This document shows, in pieces, positions 30,909 through 40,711 of a DNA stretch of 64,000 bases. The stretch comes from Phormidesmis sp. (GTDB lineage: Bacteria > Cyanobacteriota > Cyanobacteriia > Leptolyngbyales > Leptolyngbyaceae): NCBI GenBank assembly GCA_965248535.1, contig CBDFJR010000002.1:2272001-2336000 (forward strand), given 5' to 3'. The position numbers and the translations under genes are program-made. Each line of letters begins with the position of its first letter. Position 1 is the stretch's first letter. A model generated the notes under the pieces. That model had not been told where the DNA came from and did no database searches. It saw only the letters and a list, made by a program, of their open reading frames with translations.

Positions 30909-31313
30909 TCATCTTGTTTTCTGAGCCTCAACGTACCTCTTGATTGTGTCTCCTGAAACGTTGCCAGCCGTGCCAACAAAATAGCTACGAGTCCACAGGC
31001 TAGGCAACTTTAACAGGTGAGGAAATTCTTTCCTAAGCGCGTGAGATGTCACCCCTTTGACCTTGTGCATGATTTGGTAGGGGGCAAGAATCGGCTTTGA
31101 CTGAACAAATAAATGGACGTGATCTAAATGGGTTTCCACTGCAATGATTTGGCACTCGATATCGATTGCGGCTTGTCTGATCAATTCAATCAGCCGTCTG
31201 TCAACATCACCCACAAGCATCTTTCTACGTCGCCTGACTATCCACACAAAATGGTAGTTAATCAAGCTGACAGACGTGTTTTCATGCCAATAATCTTGCG
31301 CCACTTTCTTCAC
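30909..31313 (-). CDS. tnpA: IS200/IS605 Y1 HUH transposase
   Basis: YHFVW, DHVH (HUH), LWTRSYF and the catalytic Tyr in KRYVEAQ. Confidence 0.95.
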   Translation of the reverse strand: MKKVAQDYWHENTSVSLINYHFVWIVRRRRKMLVGDVDRRLIELIRQAAIDIECQIIAVETHLDHVHLFVQSKPILAPYQIMHKVKGVTSHALRKEFPHLLKLPSLWTRSYFVGTAGNVSGDTIKRYVEAQKTR

Positions 31314-31361
31314 CTAAATGTCTATGGCTATGCTATCATAGACACAAGAGGAAAGAAAGAA

Positions 31362-32519
31362 ATGCTAATTCTGGAGTTCAAGGTTAAAGGAAAAGCTCAA
31401 CAATACGAAGCAATTGACGAGGCGATTCGCACCGTTCAGTTTGTCCGTAACAAGTGCCTTCGGTACTGGATAGACAACCGGGGGGCGACTAAATTCGACC
31501 TCAACAAATATTGCGCTGTATTGGCAAAAGAGTTTGACTTTGCCAAAGAACTCAACTCTCAAGCGCGACAATCTGCGGCTGAGAGGGCCTGGTTAGCAAT
31601 CTCAAGATTCTTCGATAACTGCAAAAAGAAAGTTGCAGGCAAGAAAGGCTATCCCAAGTTTCAGAAAAATAATCGGTCGGTTGAATACAAAACAACGGGC
31701 TGGTCACTCTCTGAAGACCGCAAGCACATCACTTTTACCGATAAGAAGAATATCGGACGGGTGAAGCTGCTAGGGACGCGGGATCTCAACTTCTATCCGC
31801 TTGACCAGATCAAGCGGGTGAGACTGGTTAAACGCGCTGACGGCTATTCCTGCCAGATTGTCGTTTCAGTCGATAGAGAAGAGATTTTAGAGCCGTCCGG
31901 TCAAGCGGTTGGGCTAGATGTTGGGCTGAATTCTTTCTATACCGATTCTGAAGGCGCACAGGTTGAAAATCCTCGCTTTTACCGCGTGGGTGAAGCGAAA
32001 ATGAAGCGCCGACAACGGTTGGTATCGAGAAAGAAAAAGGGTTCTGGCAATCGTCGCAAGGCAATTAACCAGCTTGGTAGAACTCACCTCAAAATAAGTA
32101 GACAGCGAAAAGATCACGCCTGTAAGTTGGCGCGTTCCGTCATCACATCTCACGATGTTGTGGTCTATGAAGACTTGAGGGTGAGCAATCTGGTTAAGAA
32201 TCACTGTCTCGCAAAGTCAATCAACGATGCCGGATGGTATCAGTTCAGGGTTTGGATGGAGTATTTCGCGAAGGTGTTTGGACGGTTAGCCATCGCGGTA
32301 AACCCTGCCTACACGTCTCAAGAATGTTCTGACTGTGGCGTGATTGTGAAAAAGTCTCTGTCTACTCGCACCCATGCTTGTCAGTGTGGATGCAAGTTAG
32401 ACCGAGATCATAATGCCGCTATCAATATCCTAAATAAAGGCTTAAATACCTTGGGGCACAAGGAAATCTACGCTTGGGGAGAAATGACCTCTACTGTGGT
32501 TGGAGCAATCCTGCCATGA
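31362..32519 (+). CDS. tnpB: RNA-guided nuclease TnpB
   Basis: RuvC GLDVG / YEDL / DRDHNAAIN and zinc finger CSDC..CQC. ATG 31362 is preferred because the longer ORF overlaps tnpA. Confidence 0.95.
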   Translation: MLILEFKVKGKAQQYEAIDEAIRTVQFVRNKCLRYWIDNRGATKFDLNKYCAVLAKEFDFAKELNSQARQSAAERAWLAISRFFDNCKKKVAGKKGYPKFQKNNRSVEYKTTGWSLSEDRKHITFTDKKNIGRVKLLGTRDLNFYPLDQIKRVRLVKRADGYSCQIVVSVDREEILEPSGQAVGLDVGLNSFYTDSEGAQVENPRFYRVGEAKMKRRQRLVSRKKKGSGNRRKAINQLGRTHLKISRQRKDHACKLARSVITSHDVVVYEDLRVSNLVKNHCLAKSINDAGWYQFRVWMEYFAKVFGRLAIAVNPAYTSQECSDCGVIVKKSLSTRTHACQCGCKLDRDHNAAINILNKGLNTLGHKEIYAWGEMTSTVVGAILP

Positions 32520-32594
32520 GCAAGTCGCTTCAAAGAACCAAGAATCCCACTGGCTTCAGCCGTGGGAGTGTCAAAGATTTTGTCAACTACCTAT
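32400..32594 (+). ncRNA. Predicted omegaRNA (right-end scaffold plus about 20 nt flanking guide); 5' boundary approximate
   Basis: Inferred from known TnpB biology; scaffold ends at TCAA 32574. Confidence 0.55.
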
Positions 32595-32644
32595 CCTGAG
32601 GGATGAACGATCGTCTACTTTAAACAGGGTCACTGGAGATCACC

Positions 32645-34027
32645 ATGAGTCTTAATCAAACAAGTCGCCAACAGACAGAAGCGGGCATCAAAGCACTACA
32701 AAGCTTTTATAACCCCGGCACCGGGCTTTGGAATACGGCAGGCTGGTGGAACTCGGCCAACGCGCTTGAAACGACGATCGACTATTGCCGATTGACTGAC
32801 TCGCTCACCTATCGAGACAATCTCCTCAACACGTTTGAGAAAAATAAGCGCGGTAACTTTCTCAATGATTTTTATGATGATGAAGGCTGGTGGGCCCTCG
32901 CGTGGATTAAAGCCTATGACCTCACGGCCGAACTGCGCTATCTAACGATGGCAAAAACGATCTTCAACGATATGAAAGGCGGCTGGGACTCGACCTGTGG
33001 CGGCGGCATCTGGTGGAGCAAACAGCGTAAATATAAGAACGCGATCGCCAATGAGTTGTTTTTAGCGATCGCTGCCAAACTGCATTTGCGAACGTCAGGA
33101 GACACTGGGGCAGGCAGCTATCTAGACTGGGCCCAACGGGAATGGAACTGGTTTAAAAATACAGGAATGATTAATCGTGACAACCTAATTAATGATGGGC
33201 TAGACAGCACCTGCAAAAATAATGGACAACTCACTTGGACTTATAATCAGGGCGTGATTTTGGGTGGATTAGTCGATCTCTATCGCAGCACTCAAGAGGG
33301 ATCGCTGATTAAACAGGCCCAAGCGATCGCCGATGCCACCCTGCGAAGTTTAGCGCCCAATGGCATTCTGCGAGAACCTTGTGAACCCGACTGTGGCAAG
33401 GATGGCCCTCAATTTAAAGGCATCTTTGTGCGCTATTTGGGCGATCTCTATCAAGTCACCCAGCAGTCAGCCTATAAAGACTTTATTTTGAGAAATGCTA
33501 ACTCGATCTGGTCAACCTGTCGCAATGATGCCAACCAATTTGGACTCTGTTGGGCAAAGTCCTTTGACAGCGCCGATGCAGTCCGTCAATGTGCGGCGGT
33601 CGATGCCCTCAATGCCTCGCTAGTCGTGACGGCTGAAGACACCACCTATCAAGCCGAAAACAGCATCCTACATCAGCTTGTGATTGAGGCCATTTACACG
33701 GGCTATCACGGCTCAGGCTACATCGCCGGGTGGAATCGCGAGGGACAATGGGTTGACTTTAAGGTGAACGCTGCGTCTACGGGGTTTTATACACTAACAT
33801 TTCGCTATGCGGCAGCCGGAGGAAACGCATCTCGCTATATCTATGTCAATGGCAAGAGCATTGCTGATAACCAGGTTTTTCCGAGCACTGCAAACTGGAG
33901 CAGTTGGACTGTGATAACGCTGCCTAATGTGTCACTCAATGCGGGGAGCAATACTATTTCGGTCATTTTTAATCGCGATAAGGGCAGCCGTAACTGGCTC
34001 AACTTAGACGAGTTGACCATTCGTTAG
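32645..34027 (+). CDS. GH76 glycoside hydrolase with C-terminal CBM35/CBM6-like module
   Basis: YDDEGWW, KNAIANELF, WTYNQG; CBM-like YQAEN...GSGYI...LNAGSNTI...NLDEL; GGAG RBS. Confidence 0.9.
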   Translation: MSLNQTSRQQTEAGIKALQSFYNPGTGLWNTAGWWNSANALETTIDYCRLTDSLTYRDNLLNTFEKNKRGNFLNDFYDDEGWWALAWIKAYDLTAELRYLTMAKTIFNDMKGGWDSTCGGGIWWSKQRKYKNAIANELFLAIAAKLHLRTSGDTGAGSYLDWAQREWNWFKNTGMINRDNLINDGLDSTCKNNGQLTWTYNQGVILGGLVDLYRSTQEGSLIKQAQAIADATLRSLAPNGILREPCEPDCGKDGPQFKGIFVRYLGDLYQVTQQSAYKDFILRNANSIWSTCRNDANQFGLCWAKSFDSADAVRQCAAVDALNASLVVTAEDTTYQAENSILHQLVIEAIYTGYHGSGYIAGWNREGQWVDFKVNAASTGFYTLTFRYAAAGGNASRYIYVNGKSIADNQVFPSTANWSSWTVITLPNVSLNAGSNTISVIFNRDKGSRNWLNLDELTIR

Positions 34028-34194
34028 TGCAGGCTAGACTACTGGAACTCGTCCCTTGGTGAAGACCACGATCGCCCCCCATCCGCAGGATCAAGAGGTG
34101 AGGCACTAACCCAGATCGACGGGATCAGCACGGATCTTAGTTTAGTGAGGATCATCGCGCTGGCGCTTTGCTATCTCAGCCTCTGCCCCCTATC

Positions 34195-34452
34195 TTAGTC
34201 TATCCCTAAAGCGCAAACTGTAAGTTCTATAGGCTTACAGCGCTTGATCTCGACGTTGATCCCCTGGGCACCTTCGCCTGTCAAATCTTCGACATAGCCT
34301 GAGTGAGCAAATTTTGCCTCAAAAGGGGTGTCAAACGGGCCAAAATAGTAGACACAACTGGGTTCTGCCGTCTTGATCTCTACCCACCAAGGAGTAAACA
34401 TCGCTTGCATAAATCCCGATACGATTTCCTTGAGAATGGTCAGTAATTTCAT
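34195..34452 (-). CDS. DUF1816-family small cyanobacterial protein
   Basis: WWVEIKT.EP.C.YYFGPF and GYVEDL..EGA signature. Confidence 0.85.
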   Translation of the reverse strand: MKLLTILKEIVSGFMQAMFTPWWVEIKTAEPSCVYYFGPFDTPFEAKFAHSGYVEDLTGEGAQGINVEIKRCKPIELTVCALGID

Positions 34453-34770
34453 AAGAGGCGCTATTAATGCTGGGGTAAAAGCCTTTAGGTCGATTGTAGA
34501 ACCTCTCTGTCTATCCTGCCCTCCATAAGCCCTGCCAGAACAGGAGAGCTTACGATCGCAAGGGTTGGTTCAACATCTCTCAGTTATTAGCTAACATCTT
34601 GATCCAAGTTTCGGCAACTGCCTTTAGGTGTTAGATTGCTTGATGGATATCCAACCAATTAAGACAGTAATCCGTTCAGGGTCATGCGTCTGTGCTGTCT
34701 GAAACGTTTTAGGCTCGATTCTGGAGACCTTAACGCTATGCTACGACCCATCGACACTGGTTCAATGCAA

Positions 34771-34855
34771 CGGAGAGGGAGGGATTTGAACCCTCGGAAC
34801 CTTTCGGTTCATCCGATTTCAAGTCGGACGCGATCGACCACTCTGCCACCTCTCC
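34771..34855 (-). tRNA. tRNA-Ser(UGA)
   Basis: GGAGAGG acceptor stem, TCCGA-CT-TGA-AA-TCGGA anticodon arm, long variable arm, GGTTCAAATCC T-loop. CCA is not encoded. Confidence 0.97.
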
Positions 34856-35009
34856 AGCAGTCAAATCCTATATTACCCTAGTCGAGACCCTTGGGGGATG
34901 GGCTAGAAAAATTAGCCAGGATCAAGCAGGTGACGCTAACAATCCACTAAAGAACGGTTAGGAGTCGTGAGGGCGATCGCTTCTGCTCAACAACGATCGC
35001 CCGTTCCCG

Positions 35010-37982
35010 TTAGTCGGCTCCTTCTATGGGGGCAAAGCCTTGGCGCTGAACATTTTCGGTCACAACGCGAGGCTCTAAAAATTGCAGGAGATAATCCCGC
35101 CCGCCTGCTTTTGAGCCAACTCCTGAGAGCTTAAACCCACCGAAGGGCTGCCGTGCCACGATCGCACCTGTGATCCCGCGATTGATATATAAATTGCCCA
35201 CTTCAAACTCGGCTTGGGCTTGCTGAATGTGCGATGGCGTGCGGGAATATAAGCCGCCTGTTAGCCCATAAGGGGTGCCGTTGGCGATCGTCAGCGCTTC
35301 GTCAAAGGTTTTAGCTTTGATCACGGCCAAAACCGGGCCAAAGATTTCTTCTTGAGCAATTTTGGCATCGGGTAAAACGTTGGCAAAAATCACGGGGCTG
35401 ACGAAATAACCCGAATCAGGAACAGGCATTTCTAACGCAACTTCTGCCTCAGTTCGGCCTTGCTCAATGTATCGCTGGATGCGGCTTTGAGATTCGCCGT
35501 CAATCACGGGGCCAATTTGAGTGCTGGGCAATTCTGCGGCCCCGATGTTGAGCGATCGGGTGGCCTCAATCAAGCGATTCAAAAATAGCTCATAAATGGA
35601 TTCCAGCACAATCACCCGCGAACACGCCGAGCATTTTTGCCCACTGTAGCCAAACGCCGACTGCACCACGCCCTGAACGGCCTGATCTAAATCGGCGCTC
35701 TCATCGACAATCACGGCGTTTTTGCCGCCCATCTCAGCCACAACTCGCTTGAGGTGGCGTTGCCCCGGCTGCAACACGGCTGCCTCGGCATAGATCTGGC
35801 AGCCTACCGCTTGAGACCCCGTGAAGACAATCATGTGGGTGTCGCGATGCTTGACCAGGTGTGCGCCCACGGTCGGGCCGTCTCCGGGCACAAATTGAAA
35901 CACTCCCTGCGGAAACCCAGCGTCAATCAGCACGTCGGCGAGTTTGGCGGCGATCACTGATGACGTTTCGGCTGGTTTGAGCAAGGCACAATTGCCTGTG
36001 ACGAGGGCGGCAACCGTCATCCCTAGCGGAATCGCGAGGGGAAAGTTCCAGGGTGAGATGACGACGACGATGCCTTTGGCGTGATAGCGATAGCGATTGG
36101 TTTCGCCGGGTAGATCGTAGCGATCGCCCAAATCCAGTCGCTCCATCTCGTCGGCATAGTAGTTGCAGAAATCGATCGCTTCTGAGACTTCGCCATCGGC
36201 TTCTCGGACGGGTTTTCCGGTTTCTAGCACCATCCAGGCGATCAGGTCGTTGCGTCGTTGGGTCAGCAGATCGGCCGCTTTGCGAAGCATCGCCGATCGC
36301 TGGGTCGCGGGCGTTTTTTGCCACGCCGGAAATGCGGCTTTGGCGGCCGCGATCGCCGCTTCTGCCTGGTCGATGCTGATCATGCCAACCTGTCCGACGA
36401 CCTCGCTAAACTGAGACGGATTCACCGATGCTAGGGTTTGCTCAGTTTGGACAAATTGCCCATTTACATAGGGCAGGTAAGTTTTGCCCAACTGCTGCCG
36501 CACGGCTTGCAAGGCTTGCTGAAGCTGCTGCCGCGCTGCGGGATCGGCATAGTCAGTATCGGCAACATTCACAAAGTTTTGAGCGTTGACCAACGTGGAC
36601 TTTGAGTCAGATTTTTCAGGCGCGGCTAAGAGTTCTTCGATCGGGCGTTCTTCTAAGTTCTGCCGCAAAAACGAACTGTTTGCCGTGTTCTCTAACAGTC
36701 GGCGAATCAGATACGACATTCCCGGAATCAAGTCACCATAGGGACAATAAACCCGAACTCGATAGCCTTGATCGACGATCGCCTTGGCTAATTTGTCGCC
36801 CATGCCATAGAGAGTCTGAAACTCAATGCGCCGAGTGGGAATGTTGAGGGCTTTGGCGATCGCCATCGCGTGGGCCTGAGTGCGAACGTTGTGACTGCCG
36901 ATCGCGGCATAGAGATGCTCGTGGTTTTCCAGCAGCAAGCGGGTCAAGGTCTCAAAATTGGCATCGGTCGCAGATTTTTGATTATAAACAGGCTGATCCC
37001 AGTCTTTTTGAGCCGCTTTGATGGTTTCTTGATCCCAATAAGCGCCTTTGACTAACCGAATGGTTAGAGGAGTGCCGCGCTGTTTTGCCCAGGCGATCAG
37101 ATCGTGCAAATCGCGCTCACTGTCTCGCAGATAAGCTTGCAGCGTCATGCCGATGTCGGAGCGATCGCGAAATTCTTCTTCTAACAAAATCTGTTTGAGA
37201 ATCGCCAGCGTCAAATCTTTGTAGGCATATTGCTCCATGTCAAAGTGAATGGCGGTGCCCAACTCTTTGGCCCGGCGCAGCAAGATCCGAATTCGTTCAC
37301 TCACGCGATCCTGACTGCCTTGAGCATCCAACGGGTCAAACTGTGAATAGAAAGCCGTCAACTTCACAGACACTTGGACTTTTGGAAGCGGCTGCCCGTC
37401 TGCCTGGTCGATCGCCGGAACCGTTGCCCAATTTTGGGAGGCTGCGGTGAGTTGGCTCATCAGGTCGAGATAGCGATCGAGATAAGATTGTGCCTCCGCC
37501 TCGGTAATCACGGCCTCGCCGAGCAAATCGACGGTAAAGCCCATCTTCTCTTTTCGCAATCGCTCTAGGGTTTTGAGCACCTGCTTGGTGGTTTCTCCAG
37601 AAATGTATTTGTGAGCCAGCGTTTCAACAGCGGTCGAGACCGTGGTGGCGGCAACCTGCCCCGGCATTGAGTCAGCGTTGGCAAAATTGAGCAACCCTTT
37701 TAGCGCTGCGGGTAGCTCGACGCTGGCATCCGTTAAATATTCTTGCAGGTGGCGGGCGATCTCAGCTTTGCTCCGCAGCGAAGGCAGACAGTCAATAAAG
37801 CGAAACAACTGCACCCGCAAACCGGGATTCTCCATCGTCCAGCCGAGAAGTTTGTCATCCCAACGCATCTGATCGCGCATTTGAGCAAAGAACGATCGAG
37901 ATTCGCGAGTGGCTGAGAGCAGTTGACGCGCGATCGCTTGGGTTTGAGTTTCGTAGGTGCGGTCAGACACTTGGGCAACCAT
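35010..37982 (-). CDS. putA: Bifunctional proline dehydrogenase / glutamate-semialdehyde dehydrogenase
   Basis: PRODH: DLLGE, RLVKGAYWD, RRLLEN. ALDH: SPWNFP, EMGGKN, GQKCSA, EEIFGP. Confidence 0.95.
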   Translation of the reverse strand: MVAQVSDRTYETQTQAIARQLLSATRESRSFFAQMRDQMRWDDKLLGWTMENPGLRVQLFRFIDCLPSLRSKAEIARHLQEYLTDASVELPAALKGLLNFANADSMPGQVAATTVSTAVETLAHKYISGETTKQVLKTLERLRKEKMGFTVDLLGEAVITEAEAQSYLDRYLDLMSQLTAASQNWATVPAIDQADGQPLPKVQVSVKLTAFYSQFDPLDAQGSQDRVSERIRILLRRAKELGTAIHFDMEQYAYKDLTLAILKQILLEEEFRDRSDIGMTLQAYLRDSERDLHDLIAWAKQRGTPLTIRLVKGAYWDQETIKAAQKDWDQPVYNQKSATDANFETLTRLLLENHEHLYAAIGSHNVRTQAHAMAIAKALNIPTRRIEFQTLYGMGDKLAKAIVDQGYRVRVYCPYGDLIPGMSYLIRRLLENTANSSFLRQNLEERPIEELLAAPEKSDSKSTLVNAQNFVNVADTDYADPAARQQLQQALQAVRQQLGKTYLPYVNGQFVQTEQTLASVNPSQFSEVVGQVGMISIDQAEAAIAAAKAAFPAWQKTPATQRSAMLRKAADLLTQRRNDLIAWMVLETGKPVREADGEVSEAIDFCNYYADEMERLDLGDRYDLPGETNRYRYHAKGIVVVISPWNFPLAIPLGMTVAALVTGNCALLKPAETSSVIAAKLADVLIDAGFPQGVFQFVPGDGPTVGAHLVKHRDTHMIVFTGSQAVGCQIYAEAAVLQPGQRHLKRVVAEMGGKNAVIVDESADLDQAVQGVVQSAFGYSGQKCSACSRVIVLESIYELFLNRLIEATRSLNIGAAELPSTQIGPVIDGESQSRIQRYIEQGRTEAEVALEMPVPDSGYFVSPVIFANVLPDAKIAQEEIFGPVLAVIKAKTFDEALTIANGTPYGLTGGLYSRTPSHIQQAQAEFEVGNLYINRGITGAIVARQPFGGFKLSGVGSKAGGRDYLLQFLEPRVVTENVQRQGFAPIEGAD

Positions 37983-38355
37983 AAATTCTTAGCCTCTCAA
38001 AATATTGTCTAGTCAATCGAACGCTTCTAACTACTATTGTCGGTTCTGAAAGCGTTGCTGGAGGGTCAGACGGTCAAAAAAATTAACGCGCCGCCGTCAG
38101 CATTCAGATCTGCCAGTGAGCGTCCACAAACCACTCCGGTTAGAAAGCAAATTTATCTTCCAGGAATCGAGGGTCTGAGATTCGTATTCAAAGTGACCAT
38201 TCACTAAACAGGCAGGCTTATAAAATAGTCTCCGTGCTTGTTCTGAGAACTGAGTAGAACTGTGTAAGATAAGTTAGTTCTTAGAGTCGTTTCCTCTTCA
38301 GCCCACGCTCGATCGTCAGGGAGTCTGCCCCTCCAATCGTTGTTGTGTTTTCCCT

Positions 38356-39003
38356 ATGAATACCCTTGATGACTTAACGCTGGTGCGGCAATTTGTCAAT
38401 CGCGACTCAACGCCAGTCACCAGTCAAAACTTTCGCCTTGAGTCGGCCGCTGAGGTGACTCACCTGCTCTCAAAAAAGGGTGATCTTTTGGCGCGCCTCG
38501 ACCCCTTGACTCAACCTCCCCGGCTGATGGTCAAATCGGGCACCCGCTATTGGGCGCTCTTGCATCAAATTTTGTCTGAGCATGGCTTTATGTTGGCTGA
38601 TCAGACGGCGCGATCGCTGCAAAACCTGCCCACTGCCTGCGGGTTTGTGGTCTATGAGTCGCAGCAAATTCCGGTCGGCTATCAGTTGCACTGCACTCCG
38701 GCCAACGCGCTCTGGAAGGTTTGGTTAGCCCAGGCCCGCCCTCAACATCGCTTAGATATGCGGCTAGAGATGCTGCTGTTTACCCGCAATGCCTGGTTTC
38801 CTATTCAAGAAATTTCGGGCGATCGTGACTCTGTGCTGATTAAAACGTTGATTACATCTACCAGTCTGCAAGCGAGTGACTATGTAAGCTGGCTGCAAAA
38901 AACCAAAGCTGCTGACCTGTCAAAGCCAGCTAATCGTCGCCTACTGCCCAGTGCGCTCACGGTGATCAGAGCCATCATTGGCGCACTCTGGACGACGCAC
39001 TAA
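38356..39003 (+). CDS. Hypothetical protein
   Basis: 215-aa ATG ORF filling the gap, with protein-like composition. Confidence 0.7.
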   Translation: MNTLDDLTLVRQFVNRDSTPVTSQNFRLESAAEVTHLLSKKGDLLARLDPLTQPPRLMVKSGTRYWALLHQILSEHGFMLADQTARSLQNLPTACGFVVYESQQIPVGYQLHCTPANALWKVWLAQARPQHRLDMRLEMLLFTRNAWFPIQEISGDRDSVLIKTLITSTSLQASDYVSWLQKTKAADLSKPANRRLLPSALTVIRAIIGALWTTH

Positions 39004-39135
39004 GACGCACTAAAGATTGTGGATGTACAGTTCATATTAGGATCGGTTGCCTAGGCAGCGCCCTGATGTGGATTCTGGTTTTTTCAGTCCACGTTCCGTA
39101 GGATAATTCAGAGAGTTTCTACGATCGCTATCATC

Positions 39136-39537
39136 ATGCAGCTTGAGTTCGTTCCGGTTGAAGAATTTTATTTTGCGCTGACGCTGGCAGTGCGAACCCT
39201 AGAAGATATTGCGACTCCTAGCCTAGTCGAGCAGATCAAAGCGAAGCTAGAAGAGAAGTTTGGGCAACCTTCAACAGTGGCAGCAGCAAATCAAAATAGC
39301 TTTAACTATGTTTTTCGGGTTAAAGACTATGATTATTCTCCGGCTCCTCAACTCATGATCTCGGTGGCAGATTGGCAGGGCGGTTTGCGCCTCAGCAGTG
39401 ACTATGGTTGGATGTTAGATGAAGAACGCAAACCAGTGCGAACTGAGCGCTTTGAGCAGCGATCGGCGTTTTCTCAAGAGGTGCGATCGTATCTAGGAGA
39501 TTGGCTAGACGTGCCGTTGCTAAAACCTAGTCTATAA
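39136..39537 (+). CDS. Hypothetical protein
   Basis: 133-aa ATG ORF, globular composition, no competing ORF. Confidence 0.75.
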   Translation: MQLEFVPVEEFYFALTLAVRTLEDIATPSLVEQIKAKLEEKFGQPSTVAAANQNSFNYVFRVKDYDYSPAPQLMISVADWQGGLRLSSDYGWMLDEERKPVRTERFEQRSAFSQEVRSYLGDWLDVPLLKPSL

Positions 39538-40704
39538 CCGTGCAATGACGCTGGATAGAATGGTTGCCATTGCTTCGACGCTATAGAGTTCAACACATCG
39601 TTTTCTGGCTTGCAGTCCCCGATCGAGGGCTGCTTCATAGTTTTGAAAGATCCATTGAATCTTGTCAGCTAGTTGGTCGGGTGAGTTGGGGGCGACCAGA
39701 TAACCTGTGTGATTGAGAATATCGGGAATATCCCCAACGTAGGTCGATAAAATGGGCTTTGCCATCGCCATGCCGTCGGTGAGTTTGAGCGGAAACTGAG
39801 CCTGAGCCGTGAGCGTGTCTCGCTGCGGAACGACAACCACATGGGCAGCAGAAACGATTTCTGGCATTTTCTCGACGGGTTGCTTGGGCAGCTTAATAAT
39901 CCAGCGTCCCCAGTGTTTGATCAGATCGTCGTCATAGGTGTCATAGGGGCTGCCGCCAATAATCACAAGCCTAAACGTCGGATCATTCAACCGATCGAGG
40001 GCCGCTAACACGTCTTCAACGCCCTTGTGAGGTCGGGGCGCACCGGGAAACATCAAGATTTTATAGTCTGACAACCCATAGCGTCTGCGAATCGCCTCAG
40101 CATCATAGGGGTGAGGACTAAACAAATCAGTGTCTTTACCATTGGGGAGATAAACGCCGCCAAAGCGGTTTTTGAGAAACTGAGTATCGATCGTCACGGC
40201 ATCTGCACACGCCACTAATCCTTCAGTCCACTTCACATAAAGCGCGTGATCGGGGTGTCTTAATTGACCGTTTTTTTTGCAGAGATCGCGATAAAGCTGT
40301 TTAAGAGCGGGGCGATAACTCCACTCATCTCCGCCGTGCCAGCTAAGTTCCCAATCGTCCATATCGAGCATCACAGGACGACGAGTTTGGAGTTTTTTTA
40401 AGAGGGATAACCCGAAGCTGGTGGGCTTTGGTTTAACCGCATAAATAATATCGCCATCGATTTTTTTGAGAAGCTGTGAAGCTGATTTTAAGACTTGGGG
40501 ATATTGACCGCCGGGCACCGATCGCACCCCAATTTCATCGGGCGGAGCGGCGTATAATTCGTGCCCAAATTGAAACCCCACGACCTCGACTCGGTAGCTT
40601 AGTCTCTTTAAAACTTGAGCTAAAAGATAGGCTCGAACTGCGCCACCTCCCGATAAATCACTGACCACTAATGAAACTTTAGTCGTTAAACCAGCAATAC
40701 TCAT
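39532..40704 (-). CDS. Glycosyltransferase family 4 (GT-B)
   Basis: PNGKD, PHKGVE, FPLKLTDGMAMAKP, VGDIPDI. Confidence 0.88.
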   Translation of the reverse strand: MSIAGLTTKVSLVVSDLSGGGAVRAYLLAQVLKRLSYRVEVVGFQFGHELYAAPPDEIGVRSVPGGQYPQVLKSASQLLKKIDGDIIYAVKPKPTSFGLSLLKKLQTRRPVMLDMDDWELSWHGGDEWSYRPALKQLYRDLCKKNGQLRHPDHALYVKWTEGLVACADAVTIDTQFLKNRFGGVYLPNGKDTDLFSPHPYDAEAIRRRYGLSDYKILMFPGAPRPHKGVEDVLAALDRLNDPTFRLVIIGGSPYDTYDDDLIKHWGRWIIKLPKQPVEKMPEIVSAAHVVVVPQRDTLTAQAQFPLKLTDGMAMAKPILSTYVGDIPDILNHTGYLVAPNSPDQLADKIQWIFQNYEAALDRGLQARKRCVELYSVEAMATILSSVIARL

Positions 40705-40711
40705 TCAGCAA

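Larger units (their letters stand above)
30815..32574 (+). mobile_element. IS200/IS605-family element with divergent tnpA/tnpB, apparently complete
   Basis: Left end: AAAA guide then a CCCATCG..CGTGGG hairpin, downstream of TTAT (30811-30814). Right end: GAAT, CCCAC..GTGGG hairpin, TCAA (32571-32574). Confidence 0.9.

Noticed and set aside
31128..31361. 78-aa N-terminal extension of TnpB
   Set aside because: It overlaps tnpA on the opposite strand; ATG 31362 with a purine-rich RBS is the plausible start.
34771..34855. tRNA-Ser as an island integration site
   Set aside because: No integrase and no duplicated tRNA 3' end was seen; HIP1 sites continue on both sides.
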